Shown here: in pieces, positions 19,332 to 29,327 of the stretch | How the letters are laid out: the number at the start of each line of letters is the position of its first letter | Numbering within the stretch: the first letter of the stretch is position 1 | NCBI GenBank assembly: GCA_965226795.1 | Contig: CBDDDZ010000003.1 | Location: 32,001-96,000 of the forward strand | Length of the DNA stretch: 64,000 nt | From: Candidatus Latescibacterota bacterium | GTDB lineage: Bacteria > Latescibacterota > UBA2968 > GCA-2709665 | Direction: 5' to 3' | Translations under genes and position numbers: made by a program | Notes under the pieces: model-generated | Databases searched by the model: none | What the model was told of the DNA's origin: nothing | Seen by the model: the letters and a program-made list of their open reading frames with translations, nothing else

Positions 19332-20639
19332 CTACGAAATGCCGAGGGACCGACTCACGGCGGCGTGAATCCGATCCTCGGTGGCGGCCACGTAGGGCCC
19401 CGTTCGCTTCCAGTATTGCTGGCTGAACCAGACTTCGTAGCCGCCTTCGGGAATCTGGCGCGTGACGGGGACGTAGCCGATGATGTCATTGGTATATGCC
19501 AGAACCAGGACGTTGTCGAAATGCGGACCCAGTTCCCGTTTCAGGCGCAAGCCATGCTCGACAGTCATTTCCCCTGCAAGTGTGACCACCGCCAGGGCAT
19601 TTCCGAAACGTACCGTCTGAACTTCAAACGGGATGGTCGTGGGTGCGGGAACATTCTTTTCGACGCATTCAAACAGATGTCGCGCCCACGCCTGAACAAA
19701 CGCCCGGTTGTCTTTCAGGCCGGCCCTCACGAGGTCCATGTCGATGGGTTCGGTTTCCAGACCGAGGACGGTCTGGCACACCGAAATCGGACCAGTGACC
19801 GGCTCGAGGGCGCCCGAGGCGAGGACATGGACCACGGATTCCCCCAGGCGGCCACCGATGTCTCGGATTTCATCGACGGTGCGCGGCACGAAACGATCCT
19901 TCGCGGGGTCGACGGGTCTTGTTTTCTGGTCTCCGGCGCAGCCCTGGAGAAAAAATGCCGCGGCGCCCGGAACCATTGCTTCCACGTGGTCATAGGCGAA
20001 ACAGACGTAGTCGCCGCCGATGAGGGTGCCGCTCCGGCTCGTGGGGTGGCACGCGTAGCTGAAGATCACACTTCGCAGTTCGCCGTCCGGAGATTCGACG
20101 ACCAGGACGGGAACTTCGTGGTCGTGAGGCGCTTCAGCATCGGGGTTCCACTCGATGCCACCCTTCCCGTCGGGCTTTCGGCGGGAGACGGCGATATCAC
20201 AATTCCCGGTTCCGAAACGAAGCCGGGCGGGCTGGCGGGACTCCCAGGCCGTTCTAGCGCTACGGGTGACCCGTTCGAATAGTTGTTCGATGTAGTTCTC
20301 GTCCAGGTCGCCGTGGCGCTGCCGGTCCATTTCACGAATACAGGGGCCGCAGTGGGTGTGGGTTCCGCTGAGAATGATGCTCGACGGCGCTAGGCCCGTC
20401 GCCGCCGAGATGCGGGACCGAACCTGGTCCGTGTGTTCGTAGAAACCCAGGATCTCTGCGCTGACGATGAGCAATGGGCTTGTGCCGTCGTCTATGGCAA
20501 TGGCGTTGGCCTTCAGAGGATGATAGACGGCCGTGGAGGGTTCGGTGCGGGCGGCGAACCCGGCCATATGGATACCGACCGGTGGCGTGATGTCATCGCC
20601 GCACACACCGATCCGGTAGGTGTCGTTGGATATCGTCAT
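19332..20639 (-). CDS. Neutral/alkaline ceramidase-like hydrolase
   Basis: DITPP...MAGFAAR, GTHTHCGP, YACHPT, QGCAGD, GYVP...EGGYE. Confidence 0.85.
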   Translation of the reverse strand: MTISNDTYRIGVCGDDITPPVGIHMAGFAARTEPSTAVYHPLKANAIAIDDGTSPLLIVSAEILGFYEHTDQVRSRISAATGLAPSSIILSGTHTHCGPCIREMDRQRHGDLDENYIEQLFERVTRSARTAWESRQPARLRFGTGNCDIAVSRRKPDGKGGIEWNPDAEAPHDHEVPVLVVESPDGELRSVIFSYACHPTSRSGTLIGGDYVCFAYDHVEAMVPGAAAFFLQGCAGDQKTRPVDPAKDRFVPRTVDEIRDIGGRLGESVVHVLASGALEPVTGPISVCQTVLGLETEPIDMDLVRAGLKDNRAFVQAWARHLFECVEKNVPAPTTIPFEVQTVRFGNALAVVTLAGEMTVEHGLRLKRELGPHFDNVLVLAYTNDIIGYVPVTRQIPEGGYEVWFSQQYWKRTGPYVAATEDRIHAAVSRSLGIS

Positions 20640-20655
20640 GCGACAAGCTCCGTGA

Positions 20656-21657
20656 TTACAGATGGACCGCCTGTTTTGTCCGCGCGGACTCTACGATGGC
20701 CAGGCCCACGCGAAGGGCATTGCGCGCATCCTGCAATGTGCCGTGCGCCGGATTTCGATGTTCGATGACGCAGTCCGCGAAGTGGGTGAGTTCCTGCTCC
20801 ATTGCCCCGACGATTCTCCCGTGAAGTTCAGGCGCAAGATAAAGATCCGGGCTGGACGTTGCTTCGCCGGTCCATATCCATGAGGCGTCGTTGGGTTCCA
20901 CGATGTGAGCCGTCCCGTCCGTGCCGACCACTTCGAGGCCTGCGTCGGACCAGTAGAGCCGGCGGTCGGGCATGAAAAAACTCTGTTCGATGACGCCGAC
21001 GAGACCGCTTTGAAAAGTGAGCATGGCCCACCAGGTATCGGGACGGTCCGGTTCCGTCATGCTGCGCGTTCTGGTATAGACTTCCCGTACTTCCTCGCCG
21101 GCCATCCAGAGCAACTGGTCGATGGTGTGAATCCCGGGCTGAAGGACGAGGGGATAGGGTTTGAAACGCGGAGCGTCCAGGATGCCGCGCCAGATGTTCC
21201 GGCGACCGTAGATGGAGACGAGTTCTCCCAGGTCGCCCGCGTCGATTTTCTGTTTAATGTTCCCGCGCCGGACGTCGAAACGTTCGAGGAATCCGACCAT
21301 GAAAACGACGCCGCTCTTTTCCGCCTCGTCGATGAGCCGGTCGTTTTCATCCAGACTGTCGGTCAGCAGGATCTCGCTGAAGACGTGTTTCCGCCGTCGA
21401 AGCGCGGCGAGGGCGATTTCGGTGTGCCGGCCCACCTCGGTGACGATGTCGACGCCGTCCACGTCGGGATCGCGCATCAGGTCTCTATAGTCCGTATAGT
21501 GCCTGGGTACGTTGTATGTCGAGGCGACGCTACCCGCGCGTTCCGCCGAGCGGGAACAGACCGCCGTGAGTTCGACATGAAGAAGTTGGGCCAGGACACG
21601 GGCGTGCTGGACGCCGAAACGTCCCAGACCGATGACACCGATTTTTGTACGGTTCAT
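20656..21657 (-). CDS. Gfo/Idh/MocA family oxidoreductase
   Basis: KIGVIGLGRFG, VGFLERFD, IHTID; ATGA overlap with the upstream gene. Confidence 0.9.
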   Translation of the reverse strand: MNRTKIGVIGLGRFGVQHARVLAQLLHVELTAVCSRSAERAGSVASTYNVPRHYTDYRDLMRDPDVDGVDIVTEVGRHTEIALAALRRRKHVFSEILLTDSLDENDRLIDEAEKSGVVFMVGFLERFDVRRGNIKQKIDAGDLGELVSIYGRRNIWRGILDAPRFKPYPLVLQPGIHTIDQLLWMAGEEVREVYTRTRSMTEPDRPDTWWAMLTFQSGLVGVIEQSFFMPDRRLYWSDAGLEVVGTDGTAHIVEPNDASWIWTGEATSSPDLYLAPELHGRIVGAMEQELTHFADCVIEHRNPAHGTLQDARNALRVGLAIVESARTKQAVHL

Positions 21658-22655
21658 GTCGCGTTCAGGTTGACAACAACCCTGCCCTTCTGTTGGCCTT
21701 TCAGCATTCGTTGAATTTCCGGTTCGAGCGTCTCCAGCCCACATTCCATTACGAGGTCGTCTGACGCATCGATCTTCCAGGGTCCCGCGATCTTTTTCCA
21801 GATATCTGTTCTTTCCGGCATAGGGCACTCGGCGGAGTCGATGCCATGGAGGCCGACGCCTCGCAGGATGAAAGGGTAGACGCTGGTGCTCAGATCCGCG
21901 GACGCAACGAGACCGCAGCACGCGACAATGCCCCGGCGGCGGGTGGATTTGAGGGCGGTTGCCAGAATGTTGCCTCCCACGGTATCCACGACGCCCGCCC
22001 AGCGTTCTGCCAGAAGCGGACGTCCGCCGGCATCGTCGACGTCGTTTCGATGCACGACCGAGGTGGCCCCTAGGTCGTGCAGGAACCGCGCCTTGTCCGT
22101 CTTGCCGGTGGCCGCGGCCACCGTGTACCCCAGCCGGGCGAGTATGGCGACCGAGAGGCTGCCGACGCCCCCCGTGGCGCCGGTGACGAGAATCTCGCCG
22201 CAGCCGGGAACAACGCCATGGCCTTCCAGTCTTTGCACCGACATGGCGGCGGTGAATCCGGCGGTACCGTAGACCATGGCCTCTCGCAAGGTGAGGCCGT
22301 TTGGGAGTGGGACGATCCACCCGGCGGGTACGCGGATGTACTGGCCGAATCCGCCGGGTGTGTTTACACCCAGGTCGTAGCTTGTGACAATGACTTCATC
22401 GCCCGGTCGGAAGCGTCCGTCCGGGCTTTCCGCGACAACGCCCGCGGCGTCGATGCCGGGCGTATGCGGGTAGCGCCTGGTGACGCCGCGATGGCCGGTG
22501 GCTGACAGCGCGTCCTTGTAGTTCAGCGAGGAGTAGTGGACCCGGATCAGGACGTCGCCTGCCGGCAGTTCATCGATGCACCGGCGCTCCACCCTGCGGA
22601 TATAGTCGTTGTTCTCCTGGCTCACGACCAGGCATTTAAAGCTTCGGTCGGTCAT
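21654..22655 (-). CDS. YhdH/AcuI-family MDR quinone/acryloyl-CoA oxidoreductase
   Basis: YSSLNYKDAL, PGIDAAG, GTAGFTA, VTGATGGVGS, PFILRGV. Confidence 0.92.
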   Translation of the reverse strand: MTDRSFKCLVVSQENNDYIRRVERRCIDELPAGDVLIRVHYSSLNYKDALSATGHRGVTRRYPHTPGIDAAGVVAESPDGRFRPGDEVIVTSYDLGVNTPGGFGQYIRVPAGWIVPLPNGLTLREAMVYGTAGFTAAMSVQRLEGHGVVPGCGEILVTGATGGVGSLSVAILARLGYTVAAATGKTDKARFLHDLGATSVVHRNDVDDAGGRPLLAERWAGVVDTVGGNILATALKSTRRRGIVACCGLVASADLSTSVYPFILRGVGLHGIDSAECPMPERTDIWKKIAGPWKIDASDDLVMECGLETLEPEIQRMLKGQQKGRVVVNLNAT

Positions 22656-22726
22656 ACCCCTTTCCGTGTCTTTCTACGCCGGAAGCGGATTCCTTTCTGT
22701 TGCGCCGCCGGGGCGCGCCCGGTCGT

Positions 22727-23866
22727 TCAGGAGAAGAATCGTGTGATCCGATAGGCGTCAAGTTCAATTGGAAGACCCCTGCCCATGATGAGATCGGCAA
22801 TGAGTTTTCCGCTGTACGGACCCAGCTGCAGGCCGGTGGGCCCATGCCCGGTTGCCACATAGACGTTTCTCTTACCGGGAACGGGGCCGAGTACGGGCAA
22901 CAGATCCTGCGTATACGGACGCAGGCCGACTCGAATTTCACGGATTTCCGCCGCAGCCAGGCCGGGGGCCACCCGCAGCGCCTCGCCGAGTACTTCCCTC
23001 ACCCCGGCGGCCGTGGCGCGGGCGTCGAAACCGGATCCGGTTTCCCGCGTGGCGCCTACGACCACCCGGTTGTCCGGCCAGGGCACCATATAGTGGCCGC
23101 GAACGGCGCTGACGATTGTCCACGACGACGTATCCGCGCCAGCAGGCAGACCCAGGTGGATGATCTGACCACGCTGGGGTTCTACCGGGATCCGGACCCC
23201 CAGTTGAAGGCCGAACGCGTGCGACCACGCGCCACCCGCGATGACCACACCGGCAGCCGAAATGCTCCCTGCATCCGTGACGACACCGGTGACCGTGTCG
23301 TTGTCCATGAGCAAGCCTTCAACGCCCGCCTGTTGGATGGTCAGCCCACGGGCCTCAGCGGCCCGGCGCAGGGCGCCCGTCAGGAGGCGGCCGTCGACAC
23401 GGGCGGCCTCTCGGTAGTAGATGGCCCCCTGGACGTCGGCCAGGGCCGGAAACCGGCTGCGGGCTTCTTCGGACGATATTTCATACAGATCCTCCGCGGA
23501 GGGTTCCCCGCGGCGACTCCGGCGGTTGAAAATGCGGCGGCGCGCAATGTCAAAGGGCTCCAGTTCGTCGTCTGACACGGCAACGATCATCATGCCGCAG
23601 ACGGCGAAACCGGTTTCTCCCGCCTGTTCGGCTGTCAGATTCTCGATCAGTCCGGGATAGTACTCAACGGCAAGAGAGGCCAGGCGCTGCCATGGGTCCG
23701 GATCCCGTGTATTGGTGGCCGGAGACAGAATACCCGCGCCGGCATCCGTAGCGCGACCCTTGTCCATACGGTCGACAAGCAGGGTTCGTGCGCCTGCGCT
23801 GACGAGATGGTAGGCGGCGGACATCCCCACAATCCCCCCACCGATGACAATGGCGTCATAGCTCAT
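22727..23866 (-). CDS. FAD-dependent D-amino acid/glycine oxidase family protein
   Basis: GGGIVG, ATDAGAG, AGGAWS, PQRGQ, GLRP, ATGHG..GL. Confidence 0.9.
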   Translation of the reverse strand: MSYDAIVIGGGIVGMSAAYHLVSAGARTLLVDRMDKGRATDAGAGILSPATNTRDPDPWQRLASLAVEYYPGLIENLTAEQAGETGFAVCGMMIVAVSDDELEPFDIARRRIFNRRSRRGEPSAEDLYEISSEEARSRFPALADVQGAIYYREAARVDGRLLTGALRRAAEARGLTIQQAGVEGLLMDNDTVTGVVTDAGSISAAGVVIAGGAWSHAFGLQLGVRIPVEPQRGQIIHLGLPAGADTSSWTIVSAVRGHYMVPWPDNRVVVGATRETGSGFDARATAAGVREVLGEALRVAPGLAAAEIREIRVGLRPYTQDLLPVLGPVPGKRNVYVATGHGPTGLQLGPYSGKLIADLIMGRGLPIELDAYRITRFFS

Positions 23867-23999
23867 CTTGAACCCTGTGTTTATTGAAAACCCGCATACG
23901 AAACGTCCGATGAAAACGTGCCGGCCGAAACGCTCGAGACAGCGGGGCGGCTGTTTCCCGCCGCCGTTCCCGGAGGGGCTGCAAATTCACCGGTGCCGT

Positions 24000-24848
24000 T
24001 CAGAACGGCCGGTCGCCCCTGATGGTGATCCGGTGCATCGTGCGCCGGTGGCCGTGATAATCGTTGACCGCGTAGTGCTGCGTGCAGCGGTTGTCCCAGA
24101 GCGCAACGGTATTGTCCCGCCAGCGGTAACGGCAGGTGAATTCCGGCTTTGCGGTCTGCCGGTAAAGATATTCGAGGATCGGACGGCTTTCGGCCGGGGT
24201 CATATCCTTGAAGTGCGATGTGAAAAAGGGGTTGACGTAGAGCAATTTTCGGCCGGTTTCGGGATGGGTGCGGAAAATGGGGTGCTCCACGGGTGGCATG
24301 TTTTCGCTGGCGGCTTCAATGTCTTCCGCGCTGGCTTTGGTTCTTCCGAGCCGGGCCGCCTCCAGAAAGATCCGTGTATAGTCGTGTACGGCGAACCGGC
24401 CGCCGAGCATCTGTTTCAGGCCGTCGGACAGGGATTCGTAGACAAGGTACATGTTGGCAAAGAGGGTGTCGCCTCCGTACGGCGGAACGGTCAGGGCGTA
24501 GAGAATGGAGCCCACCGGCGGGGTCTCCAGGAACGACATGTCGGAATGCCAGCCATTCCCGACGTTGGTGTCCGCGGTTTCCTTTTTTTGCAGAAGGACG
24601 ATTTCGGGATGGTCTTCCAGGTTCGGCAGAAAGGGATGGATGTCCAGTTCACCGAATCTCCGGCCAAAGGCGATGAGCGCCTCCGGACCGAGGTGCTGAT
24701 CCGGGAAGAAAAGCACATGGTGTTCCAGGAAGGCCGCATGGATACCCGCAAATACATCGTTGTCAAGCGGCCGTGAAAGATCGACGCCCGTGACTTCAGC
24801 CCCCAGGGAGCCCGCGATGGGTTTGATGCTGGTCTGTCCCGAAATCAT
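24000..24848 (-). CDS. TauD/TfdA family 2OG dioxygenase
   Basis: LGAEVTGVDL, WHSD, GGDTLFA, HP..RTHPETG, WDNRCTQH. Confidence 0.93.
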   Translation of the reverse strand: MISGQTSIKPIAGSLGAEVTGVDLSRPLDNDVFAGIHAAFLEHHVLFFPDQHLGPEALIAFGRRFGELDIHPFLPNLEDHPEIVLLQKKETADTNVGNGWHSDMSFLETPPVGSILYALTVPPYGGDTLFANMYLVYESLSDGLKQMLGGRFAVHDYTRIFLEAARLGRTKASAEDIEAASENMPPVEHPIFRTHPETGRKLLYVNPFFTSHFKDMTPAESRPILEYLYRQTAKPEFTCRYRWRDNTVALWDNRCTQHYAVNDYHGHRRTMHRITIRGDRPF

Positions 24849-25002
24849 GGTTGCATTCCTGAGTGTTCGATCCGTTGAACCCGGCCCCCACCGCCGTGTG
24901 GACCGGCCGCGCCCAGGACCGCCCGCAACCCGAAACACCGGGTCCGGAGCCGCGCCTCCGCGTCACTTCTGTATTCCACACACGATGGTTTCTGCCGGCT
25001 CC

Positions 25003-25779
25003 TTACGCTTCCATCCCGTCGATTGCGCTCATCTCGTCTTCGGACAGGGTCCAATTGAAAACATCCAGGTTGGCGCGGAGATGCTGTTCCGTGCTGGCTT
25101 TCGGAATGACGTTCATGCCCTTCTGGAGCAGCCACCTGAGCGCGACGTGCGCGGACGTCTTGTCGTGGCTGCGGGCGATGTTCGTCAGTACGGGATCCTG
25201 AAGGATATTCTTTTTGCCCAGTGGCGAGTAGGCCGTTACGGCCACCTTGTGTTCCAGGCACCACTGCAGCACGTCGCGCTGTTCATAGCCCGGATGGTAC
25301 TTGATCTGGTTGACGCTGATGGGCGCCTTCGAGATGGATCGGGCGTGTTCCATCTGTTCGACGGAGAAGTTGCTGACGCCGATGCTTCTGGCCTTGCCGG
25401 CGTCGAGGATCGCGTTGAAGGCGCCAATTGGTTCTTCCATGGGCACGCAATCTGGCGGCCAGTGTACCAGCAGCAGATCCACGTAGTCCATCTGCAGAGA
25501 CTGTAGATTCTCATCCGCCTGTTTGATGGCGACGTCGTAATGCAGGTAGTCCTTGCCGACCTTGGTCGTTACGAACAGCCTTGAACGGTCGACGCCGGCC
25601 TCCCGGAGCGCTTCGCCGATCTCCCGCTGGTTCCCGTAGATCCAGGCCGTATCGAAGTGGGTGTAGCCGAGCTCGAGTGCCTGTTTGATCACCTGCTTGC
25701 ACGATTCGCCTTTCAGCGGATAGGTGCCGAGGCCCACAACCGGCATGGTGTGACCGGAAAGCAGGGTCAAGGATTCCAT
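25003..25779 (-). CDS. Aldo/keto reductase
   Basis: GLGT, DTA..Y.N, DLLLVHWP, IGVSNF, AYSPL, IPKAS. Confidence 0.95.
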   Translation of the reverse strand: MESLTLLSGHTMPVVGLGTYPLKGESCKQVIKQALELGYTHFDTAWIYGNQREIGEALREAGVDRSRLFVTTKVGKDYLHYDVAIKQADENLQSLQMDYVDLLLVHWPPDCVPMEEPIGAFNAILDAGKARSIGVSNFSVEQMEHARSISKAPISVNQIKYHPGYEQRDVLQWCLEHKVAVTAYSPLGKKNILQDPVLTNIARSHDKTSAHVALRWLLQKGMNVIPKASTEQHLRANLDVFNWTLSEDEMSAIDGMEA

Positions 25780-25944
25780 CGTCTACTCCCTGGTGTCGAG
25801 GCGGCAAAGAGTCATCATCGCACGCAACCAATACAAGGCTGCCAGGCGCGAATAACTGGTGGCTGCGGCCCGTAAATTACGTAGAAAAACATATGGACGG
25901 CAAGTTGTAACGGAGCCGGGGGCAACGGACAGGACTTCAGGCAT

Positions 25945-26721
25945 TCAGGAAGGTGTAACAATATTGGGGCGGTTGTAGGTATCGGGTTCTTCTCGGAGGG
26001 AGTAACCCAGGTCTTCCAGCCGGTATCGTGGACGGTAACCGAGGATCTTCGCAGCCCGGGAGAGATCCCAGCGGCGCCGGGTGCTTTCACCGACAAGGGT
26101 GATTATTTCGTAGCCGATGTCGGGAGCCTCGAGTGCGAGTTTGTAGGCCTGAATAAGGTCTGGAAAGGCGAGCCACTGGGGAAGGATGGGTGCATTCCTG
26201 AATTCCGGGTCGTCAATATCGAAGGGTTTGGGGATGCGCAGACAGAGTGCGGAGATACCGTGCAGTTCGGCGTAGTATTCAGCGATTTTTTCGCCCAGGT
26301 ATTTCGTGAGGGCGTAGCTCCCTACGGGTCTGGCCGGCGCGTCGCCCGCGACCCACTGCGGCGGGGGATAGCCCCAGACAACGGTCAGGCTGCTGGTGTA
26401 GATCACCCGCTTGAGCCGATGACGCCGGGCGGCTTCAAAGAGGTTGTAGGTGCCTTTAACGTTGATATCCATCCGCTGGCTGTTGAAGGCGTCGTCTTCG
26501 TAGTCGCCTTCCCTTCCGGTGGCGATGGCCAGGTGGATGGCCATGTCCATCCCTTCAGCGGCATCGCAGACCTGGTCGATATCCGTAATGTTCACCTGAT
26601 GCCAGCGGGAATCATCCGGAATATGACGCCGGCTCAAGAGGCGCAGTTCGTGTTCGCCCTCGAGCGCGGGTACCAGCCTGCTGCCGATGACGCCCGTAGC
26701 GCCTGTGATGAGGATTTTCAT
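25945..26721 (-). CDS. NAD-dependent epimerase/dehydratase (uronate dehydrogenase-like)
   Basis: TGATGVIG, HLA, YALTK. Confidence 0.88.
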   Translation of the reverse strand: MKILITGATGVIGSRLVPALEGEHELRLLSRRHIPDDSRWHQVNITDIDQVCDAAEGMDMAIHLAIATGREGDYEDDAFNSQRMDINVKGTYNLFEAARRHRLKRVIYTSSLTVVWGYPPPQWVAGDAPARPVGSYALTKYLGEKIAEYYAELHGISALCLRIPKPFDIDDPEFRNAPILPQWLAFPDLIQAYKLALEAPDIGYEIITLVGESTRRRWDLSRAAKILGYRPRYRLEDLGYSLREEPDTYNRPNIVTPS

Positions 26722-27358
26722 AGTGGGGTAGTTTCAGATATACGTTGGGGATCCCCGTCCGGCGACGCGAAACAGGAGGACTCGTGAATCAGGGTAACCG
26801 GAGACGTTTGAGACGTTGCATCCTTTGCTAATTCGTTAAATTGCCTCTCCGGTTGGTCGGTAGATTATACAACTGAGAAGTTCCAAATATCCTGCTTTTT
26901 CACGGATGACTTGGCGCACTAAACTAATCGACGGATCAAGTTGGATCTCAATCCAAAACCAAGGATAAGTCGACGGGATTTACTGCTTGACCGGACCGTA
27001 GCGCAACATTACACTTTCTTTGATTTTGCATCTGTGAATGCCGGACTTGAATTTTGCTATGGTCCTACAACTGCAGTACATGGCTATTGGCAATACAAGT
27101 TGGCGTGAAAAAAATGAAGAAGGACTTTACATAGGAAATATAGTGGTGATGGCTCGTTCGGTCAATTCAACGTCATATGTTCTATCGGCGCGAGAGGTTG
27201 ATTGGAGACGGGGGAAATGCAGACGAGCACCTCAAACTTCCTTGTGAAGGTCTCCAATCCATGAAAGAAGATCGGCTCTCGCCGATTGTTTCATGCGGCT
27301 TCGGCAGATTCCAACCACCAAATGAGCGCGAATCGAGGGCTATTGTTGGAGAAAGCTC

Positions 27359-27407
27359 TTGTGATCTTTGTCCTATTATTGTTATACTATAATCGTCTAG
27401 ACGATTA
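27359..27407 (+). promoter_or_regulatory. Putative promoter followed by a perfect 18-bp palindrome
   Basis: TTGTGA-18 bp-TATACT with TGn extension; TAATCGTCTAGACGATTA at 27390-27407. Confidence 0.55.
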
Positions 27408-27446
27408 GGTAGTTCTTGCGAATTGACAAAATGTCATTTTGCAGGC

Positions 27447-27476
27447 CCCACGGGTTTCGGCCCGTGGGATTTTTTT
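27447..27476 (+). terminator. Terminator-like hairpin immediately upstream of the NYN gene
   Basis: CCCACGGG-TTTCGG-CCCGTGGG-A-TTTTTTT. Confidence 0.7.
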
Positions 27477-27487
27477 GGAACATTTTT

Positions 27488-28117
27488 ATGAGTCGTAAGA
27501 AAAAGATAGAAGTTTACATTGACGGTTACAGTCTATACCATGCCATTGATGATTTAGCTAAACCTTATCTTAAGTGGGTTGATTTATGGAAATTGTCGGC
27601 TTGTTTTGTTCCTTCTAGAACACATACATTAACAAGCGTTTATTATTTTTCTGCTATAGCTAAATGGCGAAGGAGTTCGGCTAGAAGGCATCGAATTTAC
27701 ATAAATGCCTTAGAAGCCAAAAAGGTGCAGATTACGTTAGGAGAATTTAAAGAAAGGCAAGAGTCTTGTAAGAGATGTAAATACTCATGGAAACGACATG
27801 AAGAAAAACGAACTGACGCAAATATTGCTGCGGCCTTAATGGCTGGTGCACTTAGAAATAGATACGATGAGGCTTTTTTAATATCTCAAGATACTGATTT
27901 TTCTACAGTTGTTGACGCAATTGTACGTTATAGCAGAAAGCCAATTAAGCTTGTTTTACCACCAAAAACCGTTCACATTCAAAGTCTAATAGATGCTGCG
28001 TCTTCAAAGGCAAAGATCACAGAAGCACACCTTGAACGATGCCAGCTAGATGAATTAATAATTGATACTAAGACCGGACAATCAATTGAAAGACCACAAG
28101 AATGGATGAAGGTATAG
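27488..28117 (+). CDS. NYN (PIN-like, LabA/DUF88) domain ribonuclease
   Basis: VYIDGYSLYH, VYYFSA, EEKRTDANIA, LISQDTDF; CKRC insert; strongly AT-rich. Confidence 0.9.
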   Translation: MSRKKKIEVYIDGYSLYHAIDDLAKPYLKWVDLWKLSACFVPSRTHTLTSVYYFSAIAKWRRSSARRHRIYINALEAKKVQITLGEFKERQESCKRCKYSWKRHEEKRTDANIAAALMAGALRNRYDEAFLISQDTDFSTVVDAIVRYSRKPIKLVLPPKTVHIQSLIDAASSKAKITEAHLERCQLDELIIDTKTGQSIERPQEWMKV

Positions 28118-28143
28118 TCTACCCATTACATAATACTAAGTTT

Positions 28144-28175
28144 ACCGCCCGTCCTCAAACGAGCGGTTTTTCTTT
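28144..28175 (+). terminator. Intrinsic terminator after the NYN gene
   Basis: ACCGCCCGT...ACGAGCGGT followed by TTTTCTTT. Confidence 0.55.
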
Positions 28176-28383
28176 ACCCATCGGCAACACTTCATGTGGA
28201 ACTATATACGAAACTCACCTTCAAGGAGGGGGGTGGAACGTGGAAGGGTGGGGTTGGGGGTGAGGGGGCAGGCACGTAGGTAGGGCCCATTCGAAGGAAA
28301 TTTCGATATTTCACGCGAGCGTAGCAACGAGATCATTGATCACATTATGTCATGTCATTGGCAATCACACCAAAGGAGAGTCC

Positions 28384-28989
28384 ATGGCGCAGCCGGCTCA
28401 ATCCACAGCGACGCATCAGGACGACGATCAAGTAAGGACAAGCTATTTCGATGAAATTGACATGCTTCGGTACTTTGTGCGAAATACACACAACGCAGTC
28501 CAATCCTGGGTAGAGCATCGAACAGGCTCCCTGACGACAAGTGTTCGCGATTCAGATGTAGACACCGCCGATTTAACATCGTTCGACGATCGCGGTCAAG
28601 ATAGTGATCAGATATTCCGGTTTACGGAACTGCCACTACACAATGTATGCAGGTCGACGCAGGTTACTTTTCACGCGTTGCACGAGTGGGAAGGTTACGT
28701 CACCGCAATCAACGACAATGAATTCACAGCCCAACTTTCCGACCTCACGTCAGGTTTACCCTATGCTCGCGAAGAAGCGTACATCCCCTTAGACGAAATA
28801 TCGGAAGACGATGCGACAAAAATGAAGGTCGGAAGCATCTTCCGCTGGGTTATCGGCTATGAGCGCACTGGGGTATGGAAAAAACGGGTTTCCAAAATCG
28901 TGTTCCGTGACCTTCCCGTGATCACGAAGTCCGACCTGCGGGACGGAAGAGACTGGGCAGGTGAAGTCCTCAAAGCTTTCGAACAATGA
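28384..28989 (+). CDS. Hypothetical protein (EWEGxV-type beta-rich C-terminal domain)
   Basis: AAGGAG RBS; LHEWEGYVTAI...FTAQL.DL...GSIFRWVIGY. Confidence 0.7.
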   Translation: MAQPAQSTATHQDDDQVRTSYFDEIDMLRYFVRNTHNAVQSWVEHRTGSLTTSVRDSDVDTADLTSFDDRGQDSDQIFRFTELPLHNVCRSTQVTFHALHEWEGYVTAINDNEFTAQLSDLTSGLPYAREEAYIPLDEISEDDATKMKVGSIFRWVIGYERTGVWKKRVSKIVFRDLPVITKSDLRDGRDWAGEVLKAFEQ

Positions 28990-29203
28990 CGGAAGCCGCA
29001 ATAGCAGTAGGTCCTCGGAGCGAGAATGAAGTTAAAATTGTCTCAATTGGCCACGATATGGCGGACGCTTTTGGTTTGGGATTCGACTCTTAATCCGTCT
29101 GCCATGCGTTGACAAAGGTTGAGATCGGAGCGTGGCAGATTGAATCGCTCCACGTACAAATCGCCGAGATCCGTAGCAGCGAATGTTGTTTGAATGAAAT
29201 CAG

Positions 29204-29240
29204 AAGAGCAGCCGATGCAATTGAGATCGGCTGCTCTTTT
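29204..29240. terminator. Strong hairpin, possibly a bidirectional terminator
   Basis: AAGAGCAGCCGAT-GCAATTGAG-ATCGGCTGCTCTT-TT, between convergent genes. Confidence 0.65.
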
Positions 29241-29327
29241 GTCTCGTGGTTCGATTTCTGGGTGTTGTATTACAACGCGTTACGCCATATTACAACGTCA
29301 CATGCGTTGAATAGATCTTTGCTTCCC

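Noticed and set aside
20656..22320. 554-aa ORF as a fusion protein
   Set aside because: The N-terminal 220 aa is an alternative frame over the AcuI-like gene; the real start is ATG 21657
26790..27350. Short ORFs and a GATTGGAGAC/GTCTCCAATC inverted repeat as a gene or integron attC site
   Set aside because: No recognisable protein, no RYYYAAC/GTTRRRY core sites and no integrase; probably decayed sequence
28224..28268. G-quadruplex-like G runs
   Set aside because: Better explained as a degenerate GGGGTTGGGGGTGAGGGG REP arm; a 17-mer is shared with 39108-39124
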